From contig VJWM01000249.1 in NCBI GenBank assembly GCA_010909165.1, positions 62,001 through 126,000 of the forward strand: a DNA stretch of 64,000 nt, given 5' to 3'. The notes under the pieces are model-generated. The model worked only from the letters and a program-made list of their open reading frames with translations, did no database searches and was not told the DNA's origin. Position numbers and translations under genes: made by a program. This document shows, one piece after another, positions 49,349 to 63,200 of the stretch (positions within the stretch are counted from its first letter, which is position 1; each line of letters opens with the position of its first letter). The stretch is from Anthoceros angustus (taxonomy: Eukaryota > Plantae > Anthocerotophyta).

Positions 49349-50309
49349 GATCAAATTCTAAAATCACGCAAAGATGCTCAGCTCCACGGACCTTCATACA
49401 TTCATTCGCATCTTTCCCTAATTCATGCACGGAAATCGTGAAACAGTTTCACAACCTCATGTGCTCCCCGCCCGCATCTGTCATAGCAAACCAGCTCATT
49501 CCAAGCGCACTTGCACTTTGCCAGGTGCTGGCTGCAGCAGGTCACGAGTGCCCTTCCACCTGCACCGTCCCGCCGGCATAGGCAAAACAAGACAATTCCA
49601 CGCTACTATCTTCCTCAGCCCCACCCATCCCGGACCAGTAGAGCACCGCCCTGAATGCAATTCCGGCAGTTGGCTCCCACCATCGCCAGCCTCTGAATGA
49701 AGGATCAGCATAGGACACGGTAAGCCTGCAACCGCAACACCGCAGCTCAATTGCACAGGCACTGCATGGTCCAGCTCCGGAGCTCCCGGCAGTCTGCGGC
49801 TAGTGAAACTGCAAGTCTTGTATAACCAAGGTTAGTGAGAAGTGAAGTCAGCGAAGCGCGCGATGAAGGAGGTACCTAGTCTAGGTCATCTGATGCAGGC
49901 AGCACCGAGCCAGTGGCAGAAGGAAGCAGACGGGCGGAGGAGTACCCATAAAGAGCATGTTTGGTGGATACAAACTCCCTTCTCCTTTTTAACAAATATA
50001 GACAACTTAGAGGCCGAAAACCCCACTTACCGAGACACTTGTTGCTCCATTTGATTGTCTCCCTTGGGGTCTCCCTTCGATGGGGTCACGGCTCACCCAT
50101 CTCTTCTTTCAACAAAGAGTTGCGATTGTTTTGCTCATCGACTCATCGTTGTTTTCCTTATTGGAGCCGATGCAGCAATGTATGGCAGCCCTTATTCTCG
50201 GGCAAAGATAAAGGTGGGGAGTTTTAGTGGGTGAGGGAGTTCTTCCCAAGTCCCACATAACCTGCGATGGTATCTAGGCACGTACTCAGATGACCTCGGG
50301 AAGAGTAAA

Positions 50310-50425
50310 GTCTCTTCCTGTTGGGATGATACGATGTGTAACATAGGGGAATCAGAACCCTTGCTGAAGATTTCTCCCCCGGGGTTGTTTTGATTTATTT
50401 TCAAAATACCAAATTAAAAAAAAAA
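50310..50425 (+). repeat. Second copy of the 5751-5861 element, ending in A10
   Basis: 110 of 111 bp match the reverse complement of 5751-5861. Confidence 0.9.
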
Positions 50426-51539
50426 TTCCTTACATAAGGACATGTCAGGCAAAAGCATGAGCTTAGGCATGAGGAAGTATCTTTCCCAACCAAGTGGGGA
50501 TGCATTGAGAAGTGCATTCCAAGGATATTAAGCAAGTGATAAGGAATGAAAGGTCCTAGTTGTAAGTGCCCCTTGGAAACTATATCTGGGAGTTTGAGCC
50601 TTCTAGGGTAGAAGAAGGACAGTCAGACTGAATTTTATAAGGGGGGGAGACATACTGGAGCCTTGCTCCTTGCCGCTTTCCTGTTACAATGAGTACTATA
50701 CACCACAGTCCTGTTTGGCTTCGTTGTTGAGTATGACCAGTCAGATGATTGAGGAGGATTCAGCATAAACTATGCTCTAGCTGATGGCCGATGACTAACG
50801 ATTTCTTCTCTACTGTGGTGTGCCATATGAATGCTAAGCTTCTAGGTCGTTCCAACTTCTCCTCGTGGAAGCAAGAGGAGCTGCTTTCTACCATCCCACA
50901 ATACTATTGTATAAAGCTCCGTTCCACTCAGGATGCGAATCCTACAGGGCAAGTGTGTATGAGGGATTTGAAAGTACGGAATCTAACCATAAGTGCACGA
51001 GTGTGAATCCTCCAAGCCATAGCTATTTGTGAGCCAAGCATTTCCTCACTTGTGGAAGTTCATAGCATGCATGTGTTACACCCCCTTTTCTTCTCCCATT
51101 ACTAATATCTACAACAGTGCCACCCCCGGCGGGACCAACTCTAGGCGTGGAGGCGGGACTTCAACACATCTGCAGCACCTGGTAACTACATAACCACCTT
51201 TATCTTCCCCCATAGTACGCACCACAACCCTGTTAGTTTCTAATTATGCCGAAGCTCAAGAGGATCTGAAGCTTACCTCGTATGTCCATAAATTGCTTGC
51301 CAAGAAGGTCACGAGTTTCCTGCGAAATAGAACACCTGTTAGGATAACACCTCTAGTAACCCCGTTTGGGATCCAACATGCACCACTTGCACTTAGAAAG
51401 CTCTGGATGGATGGGACTATTGTTAGGACCTACTTGTAGCAGACTTGCTGACCTTGTTCCCCTTTCCCCCTAAGCTACCTGCCCTGGATTGACTATGAGA
51501 CCAGCCAGATGGCCTAGTCTAGGTCGGATACCTCTTGAG

Positions 51540-52400
51540 GTGGAAGGTATGGAGATCATCCGATTTTGCCACATTTTTACGGGACCCCCTTAGAGGACCT
51601 TGATGAACATCTCTTGACATTCGAACGAATACTGAAAAATAGAATGTTAGGAACTAAGAAGAAAATGTTGAAGAACTTTCCGGCATCCCTGCAAGTAGAG
51701 GCTGAGGTCTGGTTTGATAGCTTGGGAGATCCAAGTGCACTGGATTGGTCAGGATTGTACACTGCTTTCTTGACGCAATTCCGAAGCAAGACCTTTCTGA
51801 AGGATTGCAAAGAAGAGCTCAGCTACTTGTCCAGGGTGACAAAGAGGACATCACCGAGTATGTAGAACGAACACGGGGCCTTGTCAAGAAGCTGGAATAC
51901 GCCTCCCTGACAAAGAAGATGAAGAAAGTCAAGTCCAAGTTTGTGATGGGACTCCAGGACGAATTCTACACGAGGAAAATGGAGGAGGAAGCAGTTGACC
52001 TGAACGCTGTAGTATCACTGGCATTAGAAAGGAGGAAGCCTTGTACAAGGTTCAGACCTGAGCGACTAAGACACCGAGTTGGCCGGAGTCCAAGCCGGAG
52101 CCTAAGCCGATCTCCAGAGCCTACTATCAAAAGCAAGGAGAGGGCTAAGGAGGAGGCACTGAAACTTGACCTCAGCTCACAGCTGCTCAACGAACTCTCG
52201 GAGTTGAGAGCAGTTATCAAGAAACTAGAGGTTGAGAAGGAGGAAGCATTTGGCAGAACATTGAAACCAAGGGAGCCGTGTAAGAAATGCGGATCAGCTG
52301 AACACACCACACGCTATTGCCTCAAGGTCTGTAGGTACTTTGGCGGGAGTGAGCATTTGGAATGGAGGTGTGCAAAGGCACCACCGCGAGACCCCCAAGC
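51540..52400 (+). mobile_element. Degenerate Ty3/gypsy-type gag (frameshift near 51830)
   Basis: LPHFYG..EDLDEHL..F, FPASLQ.EAEVWF, W..L..AFL.QF, QGDKEDITEYVER and zinc knuckle CKKCGSAEHTTRYC. No pol follows. Confidence 0.88.
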
Positions 52401-53585
52401 AGCCATTGGTGCTGTGACTTTTGTGTTAAATATACTTGTTAAAATTTCTGGTCTGTGTGGCTGATATTTATAGTGTTTGCAGATATGAGGAGCGAATCCC
52501 TACTAGAAAGGGCAGCCTATGTTACACTTTATGTTAAGATTTGGACCCCTGGATGTAACACTCATGTTGCAATTTTGGAGCCATATAACACTTTTTGGGC
52601 TCCTTGTTACACTTTGGCTTGGAAACTAGACCACAGCTTTTGTTGCAATCATGTTGTAATGGTGTTGCAATTATGTTGAGATGAAGTGAGAGGTGCCCTC
52701 TCTCCACATTGCAACATGATTGCAACATCTGAAGTGTTACGAGAGAAGTCTTGCAACACTTTTCTAGGCTTGGTACGGAACCTTCTCCCCATCTACCATT
52801 CTCTTTTTACTTTTGTCCTATGGAATACCAAGTTTTACATAGTCGTTTCTACTAATACGCCCATCAATACCACCACACATAAATACCCATATCAATACGC
52901 TCTTCATACGATATGTGTATCATTTAAGATGATATATACGATATCGTATTTTCAATTATATATGTTTATATTATATTATATTATATTTTGTATGTAATAA
53001 ATATGTATGTCATACGAGTTACGTACGTATGCTAGTCTGTACATGTTCATTATATGGTACTTTGTATTTGCTATTTGTGAAAATCTCAACGCATATTTAT
53101 GCCTTAAATTTCTAGCACAATAGCCTATTTTTCTCTATCCAGTGCCTCCTAAAAAGGCACATCTTGAATTTCATCGACTGCCTCCTCTTCTGCCTCCATG
53201 TTCTCCTCTCACATCGCCATTACGTGTCCCCCACGGCCGAACTCACGACTTCTCCCGGCTCTTTTAACGCACTTTGAATGTTTCCCCTAGTCCTCCTCCT
53301 TCTCTCTCCCCTAGACAAGCGCCTCATGTCCGCACGCCTTTTTGCCCCTGCCTCGACCATGGCTACTGTTGGCTGCTCCACTCATGTCCTCCCTCTGCCA
53401 CCCGCCTCTTCCACTCCCTTGTGTTGTTTTCACTGTCCACACTCAACACATGTCTGTTACTTGCTGGTGACAGTACACTCGCCCTTCTCTGTGCTACAGC
53501 ACCCGGATCTGACCCTCCAAATATGTCCCTCCTACCATGCACCAGCCTTGTCACTCCCTATTCACCCAAGATTCTGCCCTACTAG

Positions 53586-54340
53586 CATCGCCTTCTCTAA
53601 CGTCACATCACAGTCTGGTTACGCATCAAATAAAATTTTGAGGTAGAAAATCACAGCATGGAATGGGTATTGGCCTCACCTTGCAGCTGTACATGTACAT
53701 GAGCCCCCGCCATTCTTCCATCGCCTTCCCTAACTTCACATCATATTTTGGTTACGCATCAGCTGAAAGTTTGAGATAGGAAATAACAGCATGGAATGGG
53801 TCTTGGCCTGACCTTGCAACTACTTGCAGTTGTACATGTACACGAGACACCCCACCATGCTACTATCGCCTTCTCTAACATCAAATCACACTAGCTAGTT
53901 ACATAGCTGAAAATTTGAGAGGAAATCACAGCATGGAATGGGTATTGGCCTCACCTTGTACATGTACATGAGCCCCGCCATTCTTCCATCGCCTTCCCTA
54001 ACTTCACATCATATTTTGGTTACGCATCAGCTGAAAGTTTGAGATAGGAAATAACAGCATGGAATGGGTCTTGGCACGACCTTGCAACTACTTGCGGTTG
54101 TACATGTACAGACACCCACCATGCTACTATCGCCTTCTCTAACATCAAATCACACTAGCTAGTTACGCTGAAAATTTGAGAGGAAATCACAGTATTAGAA
54201 CATGTCTTGGCATGACCTTGCAATGCTCTGCAAGTACAAGATCGCTTGCGGCTATACACGTGATCCCGCCCGCCACCATCCCTTCACCAACGTCATGTCA
54301 CTGCGGTTACGCATTTGAAAATTTGAGACAGAAATCACAC
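53586..54340. repeat. About six tandem ~125-145-bp units with alternating A/B higher-order structure
   Basis: Recurring atcgccttc(t/c)ctaac...gttac...cagcatggaatgggt...tgtacatgtaca. Confidence 0.92.
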
Positions 54341-54625
54341 GGCGAGCGGGCCTCCTCCTCTTCCTTTCCCTCTCCCCCTCCTCCTTCTTCCTATCTCCCC
54401 CTCCTCTTCCTTCCCCTCTCTCCCTCCTCTTGCTCCTCTTCTTTTCCATCTTCCTCTCCTCCTCCTTATAATCTCCCCCTCCTGTCCTTTCACTTTCCCC
54501 CTCCTCCTCCTTCCCTCTCGCCCTCCCTCCTCCTCCTCCTCCTCCTCCTCAAGGTAATTTGTAGTGGCTGCGTTTTGTTATTGGTGTGGTTTGGTAACCT
54601 TTTCTGACATTTGCGGATTTCGCAG

Positions 54626-56030
54626 ATATGATCGTTCAGGGCAAGCAAAACAAGTAGCAGCAGCAAGGGTTCTTGTTCCTGGGGAACGAAGATCCTACAA
54701 AGAGTTACTAAATGAATAACTTAATCGGATGCAAGACAACCTGCGGGGAGTTCTTCCATCAACTGTACTCGATGTGACTCGAGAAGTTGTTTTCGCGAGT
54801 CAGGATGAAGATTTAAGTGTATCTCTTCATGAGGAAAATCGTTTTGGCCTGAAAATGTTTTGATATTGTTTGGATGTACAAGCCTGAGGTCAATTTGTTT
54901 CCTTTACAAGTGCCACGTGTTGAGAATGTAAGTGAGGAATTTGTATACTGTTTTTTCAGAATTACCGCTATATTGTAGGGTGTCCGGACTCTTGTTTTAT
55001 TGTCAGGTTTATGCTGCCTGTTGCCACCCCTGTTATCCATCATGAGAATAGACCGCTAACAATGTCAACAGTACACCAGATATTCCTCGAAGTGGCGTTT
55101 GGCGTCCTGAAGTTCAGATTATTACTGTCATGGTTTTTTTAATTGTAAGGTCCTTTTTGGTGATGTGTTTTAACCCTTCGTGTTATTTTGACAGGTAAAG
55201 GATGATGGAGCCATAGATGCAAATAAAGTATTTAAAAGCAGTGTTTATGATCAACAGGTGAATAAGAGCAGACCAACAACAGGGTCTTTCATTCAAATCC
55301 AAAATAATGACAATGTTAAGTTATTGTATGATTTTTTTGCCCTTCTATTTCTTTCGGAGTTGGTCTGATTCTTTTTTTTTGGCAGAATTCGAACCCATAT
55401 ACTAAAGATAAAATCTCGGCCACCAGTTTGGGCAGCCTTACAGTTCCACATTTCAACATTGATGATGCAGTGGCCCCTCAGTTGCACGCTATTGTGCCAA
55501 GTGATTGTGATGAGACGTCTGAAGTGCAACAGGAAAGAAATGTGGCCATATTATCTCTGGGTGGTATTGCAAAATGGAACTGGCAATGGAAATTCAAGTA
55601 GTTTTGAGCAACGTCTTGCGGACATCTCCCGAGAACGGGAATTGGAGTACGATCGACAAAAACAGGAAAGGGATTTTCAACGACAAAAAGATATAGAGGC
55701 ACTGATTGAGAGGCCAAGGCGTAAAGCTATTGAACTACGAGTGTCGAAGCAAAGAGAGAAAGCTCTTGAGATTCAGAGGCGGAAGAATGTGGAAAGAAGT
55801 CAAGAACACTTGAAACATCAAGAAAAACTCAAACAGCAGCAGAAAGAGCAGCAAGAAAATCGAAGATTGCAGTGGGAAAGACAACAAAAGCAGAAAGTTG
55901 ATAATGGGCCTGCAGGGGTATCCACTGCCACCCACGCAAACTCGTCGAGATCAGTAAGTGATCTTGTCTGCCTTTTATTTTATTTAGCAGAGTGAAAACT
56001 AATGTTTGTGTTTTGTTCAGGTTGTGACTT
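54626..56030 (+). pseudogene. Degenerate spliced gene with a charged coiled-coil exon
   Basis: E/K/Q/R-rich ORF at ~55560-55955 ending at a gtaagt donor, several T-rich introns with cag acceptors, and stops in upstream exons. No family recognised. Confidence 0.4.
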
Positions 56031-57000
56031 ACAGGAAGATGAACAATTTTTTCAAAGTCCCCATTTTCATCAACTCGGGAACTATGACAATGTTGTACAA
56101 GTTGTGCCAATCAAACCAAGTGGTTGTGAAAATTACATTTTCAATTTGTATAATTGTACAGTCAATTTTCCAAAATAAATGTAAGTATCTTTGTTTAAGT
56201 GTCTGTGGTTTATTATCGGATTTGCAATGTTCTTTTAGTTATATGCCTAATTTACATTTTTTATGTAGGTTATAATGTTCTAGTAACGGGAATTAATCTA
56301 TTCTGGTATTTGCTCTACATTATTTTAATTTGTATTTCATGTCATTCTAGATATACACGAAACTCTGGAAAGAAAAAATTTCTTTGTCGGCTTTTTGCAT
56401 ATCCTGGATTCGCATGAACATTATTTAACAGGATATGTTTTATTACCAGATTTAGCGATTTTGGTGGGATTTCTACAATGAGCTTCTTTAGATCTACCTG
56501 GTATTCACTTGGTGGCCTATTTTTTCTACCCTACTACTATGGTTTCAACATTGATGCGCATTTTCACCTTACATGGCATGTTTTCTACTCTATTATAATA
56601 AAATTTAACCTATTTAGCAAAAATAATTACCAATTGGTTAATTCTCTCTCTAGAATCTACCTCCTTCTCCCTGAAAAAAAATCAAGCGGGCGTGTTGAGG
56701 CCCCAGACGAGGCCGCAACTTTGCGCAATAAAATCGATGACCTGTCATGTGTGCTTCGCGGAATGGATAGATATGGGTTGGTGCGCATCCATACCGTGGA
56801 GCAGACATGACATGTCACCGCCGCCCACGTCACTTATGTTTGACGCGTGTTAATAGTGCACCGTTTGCAGATAGCTCTAATCTGGATTCACAAACTTTGT
56901 GACCGTTTTGCACAGTGGTATTGTCTTCCTCTGGACACTGGCCGCTGCAGTCATCAAGCTCTACAATTGTCTGCCCTGCAAACCGTGATGAAGCCAAGTG

Positions 57001-59963
57001 GAAATGAAGGTGGTGACTTTCACAAGCGTCGAAAATTGAAGGCGAAAGGGAGGTTGAGAGGGAAGGGGAAGGTAGCAGCACACACCATTCCCCCCGCCTT
57101 CACCGACCCTGCTGATGCGAAGGGTAAGAGGAAGCTGGAGGAGGAATCCCTTGGCGCGGCGACGGCGCCGCCGACCGTCGCGTTTGCCGGCGGCACACCA
57201 GAACGTGGAGCAATTCCCCGATGGGAAGAAGAGGCAAACCGCATTCCGGAGCTACACTTTTTGCGCAGGCCACGATCAAAGGAGGATTTGCTACAGAATT
57301 TGAGTCGATTGTTTTTGGATAGAACAACTGCTGTTATGGGGGCTTCACATCTGAAGCGCGGCCATTGTGGCTGAAGCTACACACGCCACAGGCATGGACT
57401 TGGGATGCGGCAGATGAGACGGCATGGAACACCCTGTGTGGCCACTGCGTGCACTGCCCTTTTACTGCAATGGCGCACGCAACATGGGAGTTGTACAGAG
57501 ACTTTGAGAGCATGAGCTCCACACTATCCCTCGCTATGGACGAAGTGCAAATCAAGGAGGTGGACTACACCAAAGCTGGGGGCGCCTCGTGCTGATAATC
57601 TTGTGTTGCCATTCAATGCAAGCGATTCACGTCGTTTGCCATTGTCAAACTTTGAAGAAGGTGGATCATCTGTTTTAGCACACAACACACATTCCCAAGT
57701 GCAATGACTCACAAGCATGTGGATAGTAGTTGACCGTTGCCACCAAACAGCTAGCCCAGCGTGCATGTCCTCCCTTTCAATAGCCGCCATCACCTCACCG
57801 CTACGCTTATGGTCCGTTCGGCGTCAGGAGAGTTTGTTTAGGCCCAGCACATCACGCCAAGGATTCCTCCACTCCCGGTCGCTCTCATCGACTGAGATGA
57901 ACATGGTGTGCCTCCATAACTGTACTGACATCCTTTCGATGCCATCGCGGCGACGACTCTGCAGTACTCGATCACGGAGGACGGGTTCTGCATTTGGAGA
58001 TGACGCATCTACGCCGGCGTCCATGATGCTTGCACCTACATTCAGGCTTCTACAAGTGCTCGTTGTGAATGGGTCATGAATTAACGGTGAGAGACTGCAG
58101 GGGTGGTGGCGTTCGCACTTCGCATGTGCCATGCCTCCTGATTCCTACTTGTCGTCGCTACCGGATCCGGACCCTGAGCACTGTGCCACGATTTGCAAAT
58201 GAGGTTTACATGTATTGTCCATGCCGTCAGTATGTGGAGACCTCTTGTGGGCGATTCCGACACCGTCTCAAGGCTGCTGTTTCGCACCTTTCGCACCTTG
58301 GCGTGCAAGCTGTGCCTGCAAACATTGCACTTCCTTATTTGCATTACTGTCGCTTTTTTGGCAGCGGGTGGAGGCAAGTTCGGACAGGGACGATGGCGAT
58401 GGCCTTGAAGGCGTCTCCCCACCCCAGACGGATGGGGAAACGGGCTCCGGTGGGTCTGAAAGGGAAAAACACGATATCTTGTGAAGGGGTGAATTTAACC
58501 CCCTTGGAAATGAAGGTGGTGACTTTCTGGCGTTAAAATTGAAGGCGAAAGGGAGGTTGAGAGGAAGGGAAGGTAGCACACACCATTCCCCGCCACCGAC
58601 CACGAAGGGTAAGAGGAAGGCTGGAGGAGGAATCCTTGGCGCGGCGCCACGACCGCGTTGTTTGACACTGCATGGAGCAATTCCCGATGGGGAAGAAGAG
58701 GCAAACCGCGATTCCGGAGGCTACACTTTTGCGCAGGCCACGATCAAGGAGGATTTGCTATGCACTTTGAGTCGATTGTTTTGGATAGAACAAGCTGCAG
58801 GGGGGCTTCTTCAAGCGCGCCATTGTGGCTGAAGCTACACACGCCACAGGCATGGACTTGGGATGCGGCAGATGAGACGGCATGGAACACCTCAATACCG
58901 CGCACCGCCCTTTTACTGCAATGGCGCACGCAACATGGGAGTTGTACAGAGACTTTGAGAGCATGAGCTCCACACTATCCCTCGCTATGGACGAAGTGCA
59001 AATCAAGGAGGTGGACTACACCAAAGTCGGGCGCCTCGTCGATAATCTTGTGTTGCCATTCAATGCAAGCGATTCACGCTGCTTGCCATTGTCAAACTTT
59101 GAAGAAGGTGGATCATCTGTTTAGCACACAACACATTCCCAAGTGCAATGACTCACAAGCATGTGGATAGTAGTTGACCGTTGCCACCAAACAATTTAGC
59201 CTAGCGCGGTATGTCCTCCTTTCAATAGCCATCACCTCACCGCTACGCTTATGGTCCGTTCGGCGTCAGGAGAGTTTGTTTAGGCCCAGCACATCACGCC
59301 AAGGATTCCTCCACTCCCGGTCGCTCTCATCGACTGAGATGAACATGGTGTGCCTCCATAACTGTACTGACATCCTTTCGATGCCATCGACCGACGACTC
59401 GTCGTCTGAGCTGCTCTGATCCTGGAGGACGGGTTCTGCATTTGGAGATGACGCATCTACGCCGGCGTCCATGATGCTTGCACCTACATTCAGGCTTCTA
59501 CAAGTGCTCGTCGTGAATGGGTCATGAATTAACCAGAGAGGCTGCGGTGGTGGCGTTCGCGCCGCATGTGCCATGCCTCCCGATTCCTACTTGTCGCCGC
59601 CACGCGGATCCGGACCGAGCACCGCGGCACTTTTTGCAAAACGAGGTTTACATGTATTGTCCATGCCACCGAGTGTGGAGACCTCTTGTGGGCGATTCCG
59701 ACACGCCCCAAGATCTGCTGCTTGTCGCAATGCATGGCACCGCTGGCGTGAGCTCGTCAAGGCTCGCACAAGCATTGCACTTCCTTATTTGCATTACTGT
59801 CGCTTTTTTGGCAGCGGGTGGAGGCAAGTTCGGACAGGGACGATGGCGATGGCCTTGAAGGCGTCTCCCCACCCCAGACGGATGGGGAAACGGGCTCCGG
59901 TGGGTCTGAAAGGGAAAAACACGATATCTTGTGAAGGGGGTGAATTTCCGAACCCCCTTCCGT
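57001..59963. repeat. Tandem duplication of ~1.5 kb (57001-58506 and 58507-59963)
   Basis: The copies are colinear with long identical blocks. GAAATGAA occurs at 57001, 58507 and 59964. Confidence 0.95.
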
Positions 59964-60244
59964 GAAATGAAAACCCCCTTAGCACATTACACACAGTCCC
60001 GAAATATGCGTTTTGGCTCTTTTTAAAGAAAGGTCGACCATGTTCCAACGAGTAGGTATTAAGAAAAACCGTAATCGCACAACAAAGACATCAAAACGTC
60101 GCGAGGGCGCCGGCCTGCCGGCGCCCTTTAATTGTTTCTTGGAACAAGGGAAACTGAAGACATCAATTGCCTCAATGCAACGGGTCCATAAGTGATTGCG
60201 AACTAAGAGAAGCAGCAGATGCACATGATATGAGAACACTAAGC

Positions 60245-63200
60245 CTACTCCCTAGGGCTAACTTGGGACTCGTCCGGGGGTAGAGCAAACTCCGAATCCA
60301 TCACAATAGCCAGATTTCGAATGCGCTCCACTTCCTCTTCATCGAAGCTATCGTTCTCCCCCAAGGCCCTTGTGTCTTCGTTTAGTCTTGTGTCGTTGTC
60401 GTCAGGGGTCGTGGAAGGCTGCCAAACACTATCCAAGGATTGCTGTCCCTCTGTCAAAAGGGCTCCAGTTTTGGTCTTCAGCCGCCTTGCGTTTAAGGAA
60501 ACAACCTGAGCTTGCAGGGAGTCCTTCTCGCTGATACACACCTCCTTTGCCTAATTGCGCAAGTCCTCTGCGGTGGGCGTCAAATGTCAGTTCTTCTTCA
60601 GCATCAGGCAGAACCTCATGCCCAGAAATCCGCTGTGGAATATATCCTACACACCTCAAGTCAGCTTCAATAGCAATACAATTCCATCCGCATAGTAGGG
60701 CCGTCAGTAGCGTTGTCCCACTCCCAGAGCATACATCCAAAATCCAATCCCCCTCTCGAGAAGGTTCTGATAAGTTTCATCATAAGCCCAAGAGGCCTCT
60801 GGTATGGGCAAACCACCAACTTGTCTTGGGACATGTACACCTGTTTCTTCACAACCGTATCGTGAGCGATCACAGACCTCCCATTGTTGAAAGTGCCGTG
60901 CATGGCATTGGGCATCATTGGAACTCTATCCCTTGTGAACCCATCTTTCATCCCCCAACCCACTATGACATATTCCACGGTTTCAAACCCACCCCTATCA
61001 TTGTTCATGTTGGTCTTGTCCCATACGAATGAGACCAAGCCCCCTTTATTGCTCCACTTTCGCATGGAATCCCTCATGGTGTGAGCCTCCTCCACAACAT
61101 GCACGACAATCATTCTCAACTCATCGGAAGTTGTTTTCTCCGCAAAGCTCTGCAAAACAAAGGTCCATCATCCGCTTGTCAACACGCTTTGTCCAAGGGC
61201 CCAATTTGAAACCCCTTGGAGCGTCCATCACCAGTGTGTCTTGGCGTCCTCTCGAAATCCGCATGTCTACCACATCTCGGCTTTCCACTTGGTATTGCAC
61301 TTGTTTATCCGAGGAGGGAACACTCAACACCTCCAATCCTTCCTCAAGGTCCTTGTCCGCCAAAGCACGCCGCCCCTCCCCCTTTCCAATTGTTCACCTC
61401 AAAAATAAAATCTTTGAAGACATCCGAAGTTTGGACAAGACCTCAATGTCCTTAGTTGTCAAACCACAAGTTTGTTAGTCCAAAGTGGGAAAGAACAGAC
61501 GGAGGCGCCGGCCGCGCCCATGACCTTGTCTGAGCATGGACAAGAAACTCACCTTTCCAGCAAGAAACCGCTGACAAGATCCGTCCGTGGAATGCAACGG
61601 ATATTCCTCTCGGACCTCCTCAATGAAGAGCACCCTGTGCTTGACCATCGCCACTTGTATGACATGAAACTTCTTCCGCGTGATCTCCTCATCCATGCCC
61701 TTCAAATCAATCGGGCGATTAACACCTTTTACATCGCACAGAATTTCTTGCCGCACTCTCCGGTATGCCTTGGAGCGATTTCCATGGCTTTGCCAACATG
61801 TCCTTGACTTTTTGTTTATACGCTCCTCTCAACTTGCTTCCCTTTCTTGCTTGTTCTGCTGGTAGATGCTTCTTACATTCGGAGTTCTCCGGCCTCCACT
61901 TGAGAAAATAGAGTCTACATTGGCCCACACCTTTCCTTCACCTTGGCAATGCATAAAATGTGTGTGCGGTTATCCACTTTGTTACTTATACACATCGTCT
62001 TGGCGCCTTCATCATCCTCAATCGCGCACCTTGATTGTACTTCCATGCCATTGTCATACAGCCTTCTCGTTTGCTATCAGCTCATCTCTTAAAGACACGC
62101 TCAATGAAGTTCATCTTCTTAGTTTGTCCAGGCATAGTATTGCGATTAGTGGCAAGGACTCGCATTTACGGTATAGTAAGCCCAATAGACATGCGCTTCA
62201 ACATATTGGAACCTCTTCTTCCACAGTGATATATCATAGATGTTTCATGGTCGCATAAGTGTGGTTCCCACCAAGAACCCCCATAACATATTTTTTCGCC
62301 CGCCATCTCTTCCAGTCCAACTTGCTGAGGTCATTGCACTCACTTGGATCAATCATACATAATAGTGGCAATACACCCTCCTCTATCCTCCCCTTCGAAA
62401 TAACTCTGGCCAAATAATTGGCCCATGCCTCGTCAACCCTGCGAATCTGCGCATCCGGCGTAATATGCGAAGCTGGTCGTAAGTTCTCCAATTTCACTAG
62501 CACTGTCTCCATGACAACCTTCTTTGCGTAAGCTGAATCCCTCAGGCGAGTGAGGGGGTCTGCATCCATCATCGCGTCTGCCAGGCGTTCTTCATCTGTC
62601 AAAATATGCACATTGGGAATGGCACCAACCACTTCCTCTTGTCTTGCCCTCTTTGATTTCTTTTCTTCCTCCTCTCCGTGCTTCCACTGGGTTTCTTCGC
62701 ACCTCAGAATCCAACACCGCAGGGCGCTTGCCTGCCAGGATCGGGTGGTCATCCTCTCCTATGGCGGGCGCCCGGCCGGCCGCCTTCTTCCTCCTCTCTT
62801 CTCCGTCCATACCACAGGTCGGCCCCGCACCCACTTCCTCCTCTGCCTCCAACGTCGGCACCTCTTCCGGTCCGGTGGAAGGGCTCTTGTGGATGGAGGT
62901 ATGTCGAGGCGCCGGCCGGTGCCCGATCTCTCCACAGGCGGATAAACGGTTGGGATCCGGAGTGGCCAAGTCCAGAGCACCTGCATCTTCGCACTGCTGG
63001 TGCGCCGGCCGGCCGGCGCCCCTGATCCTCCTCAGCATTCACTATATCAGTGTGCACACTCAATGATGGCCCATGCCGAGCCAAGCTGGGTAAAATTGCA
63101 GCATCCCGATCTTCGTCTTGTCCCCCAGACACTTCTTCATCAGAATGTCCAAGCACGTCTGGAATCGTGCCCTCTTCCTCATCTGATGGGCCAAGTTCGC

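Noticed and set aside
5751-50420. Inverted 111-bp copies as TIRs of a 44.6-kb transposon
   Set aside because: The left copy has its own flanking duplication, the interval holds ordinary conserved genes, and the outer flanks share no TSD.
50337-51097. TGTAACA..TGTTACA as an LTR with a minus-strand polypurine tract
   Set aside because: No second LTR or clear PBS, the orientation conflicts with the + strand gag, and homology to 5751-5861 runs through the supposed end. Not excluded, but unsupported.
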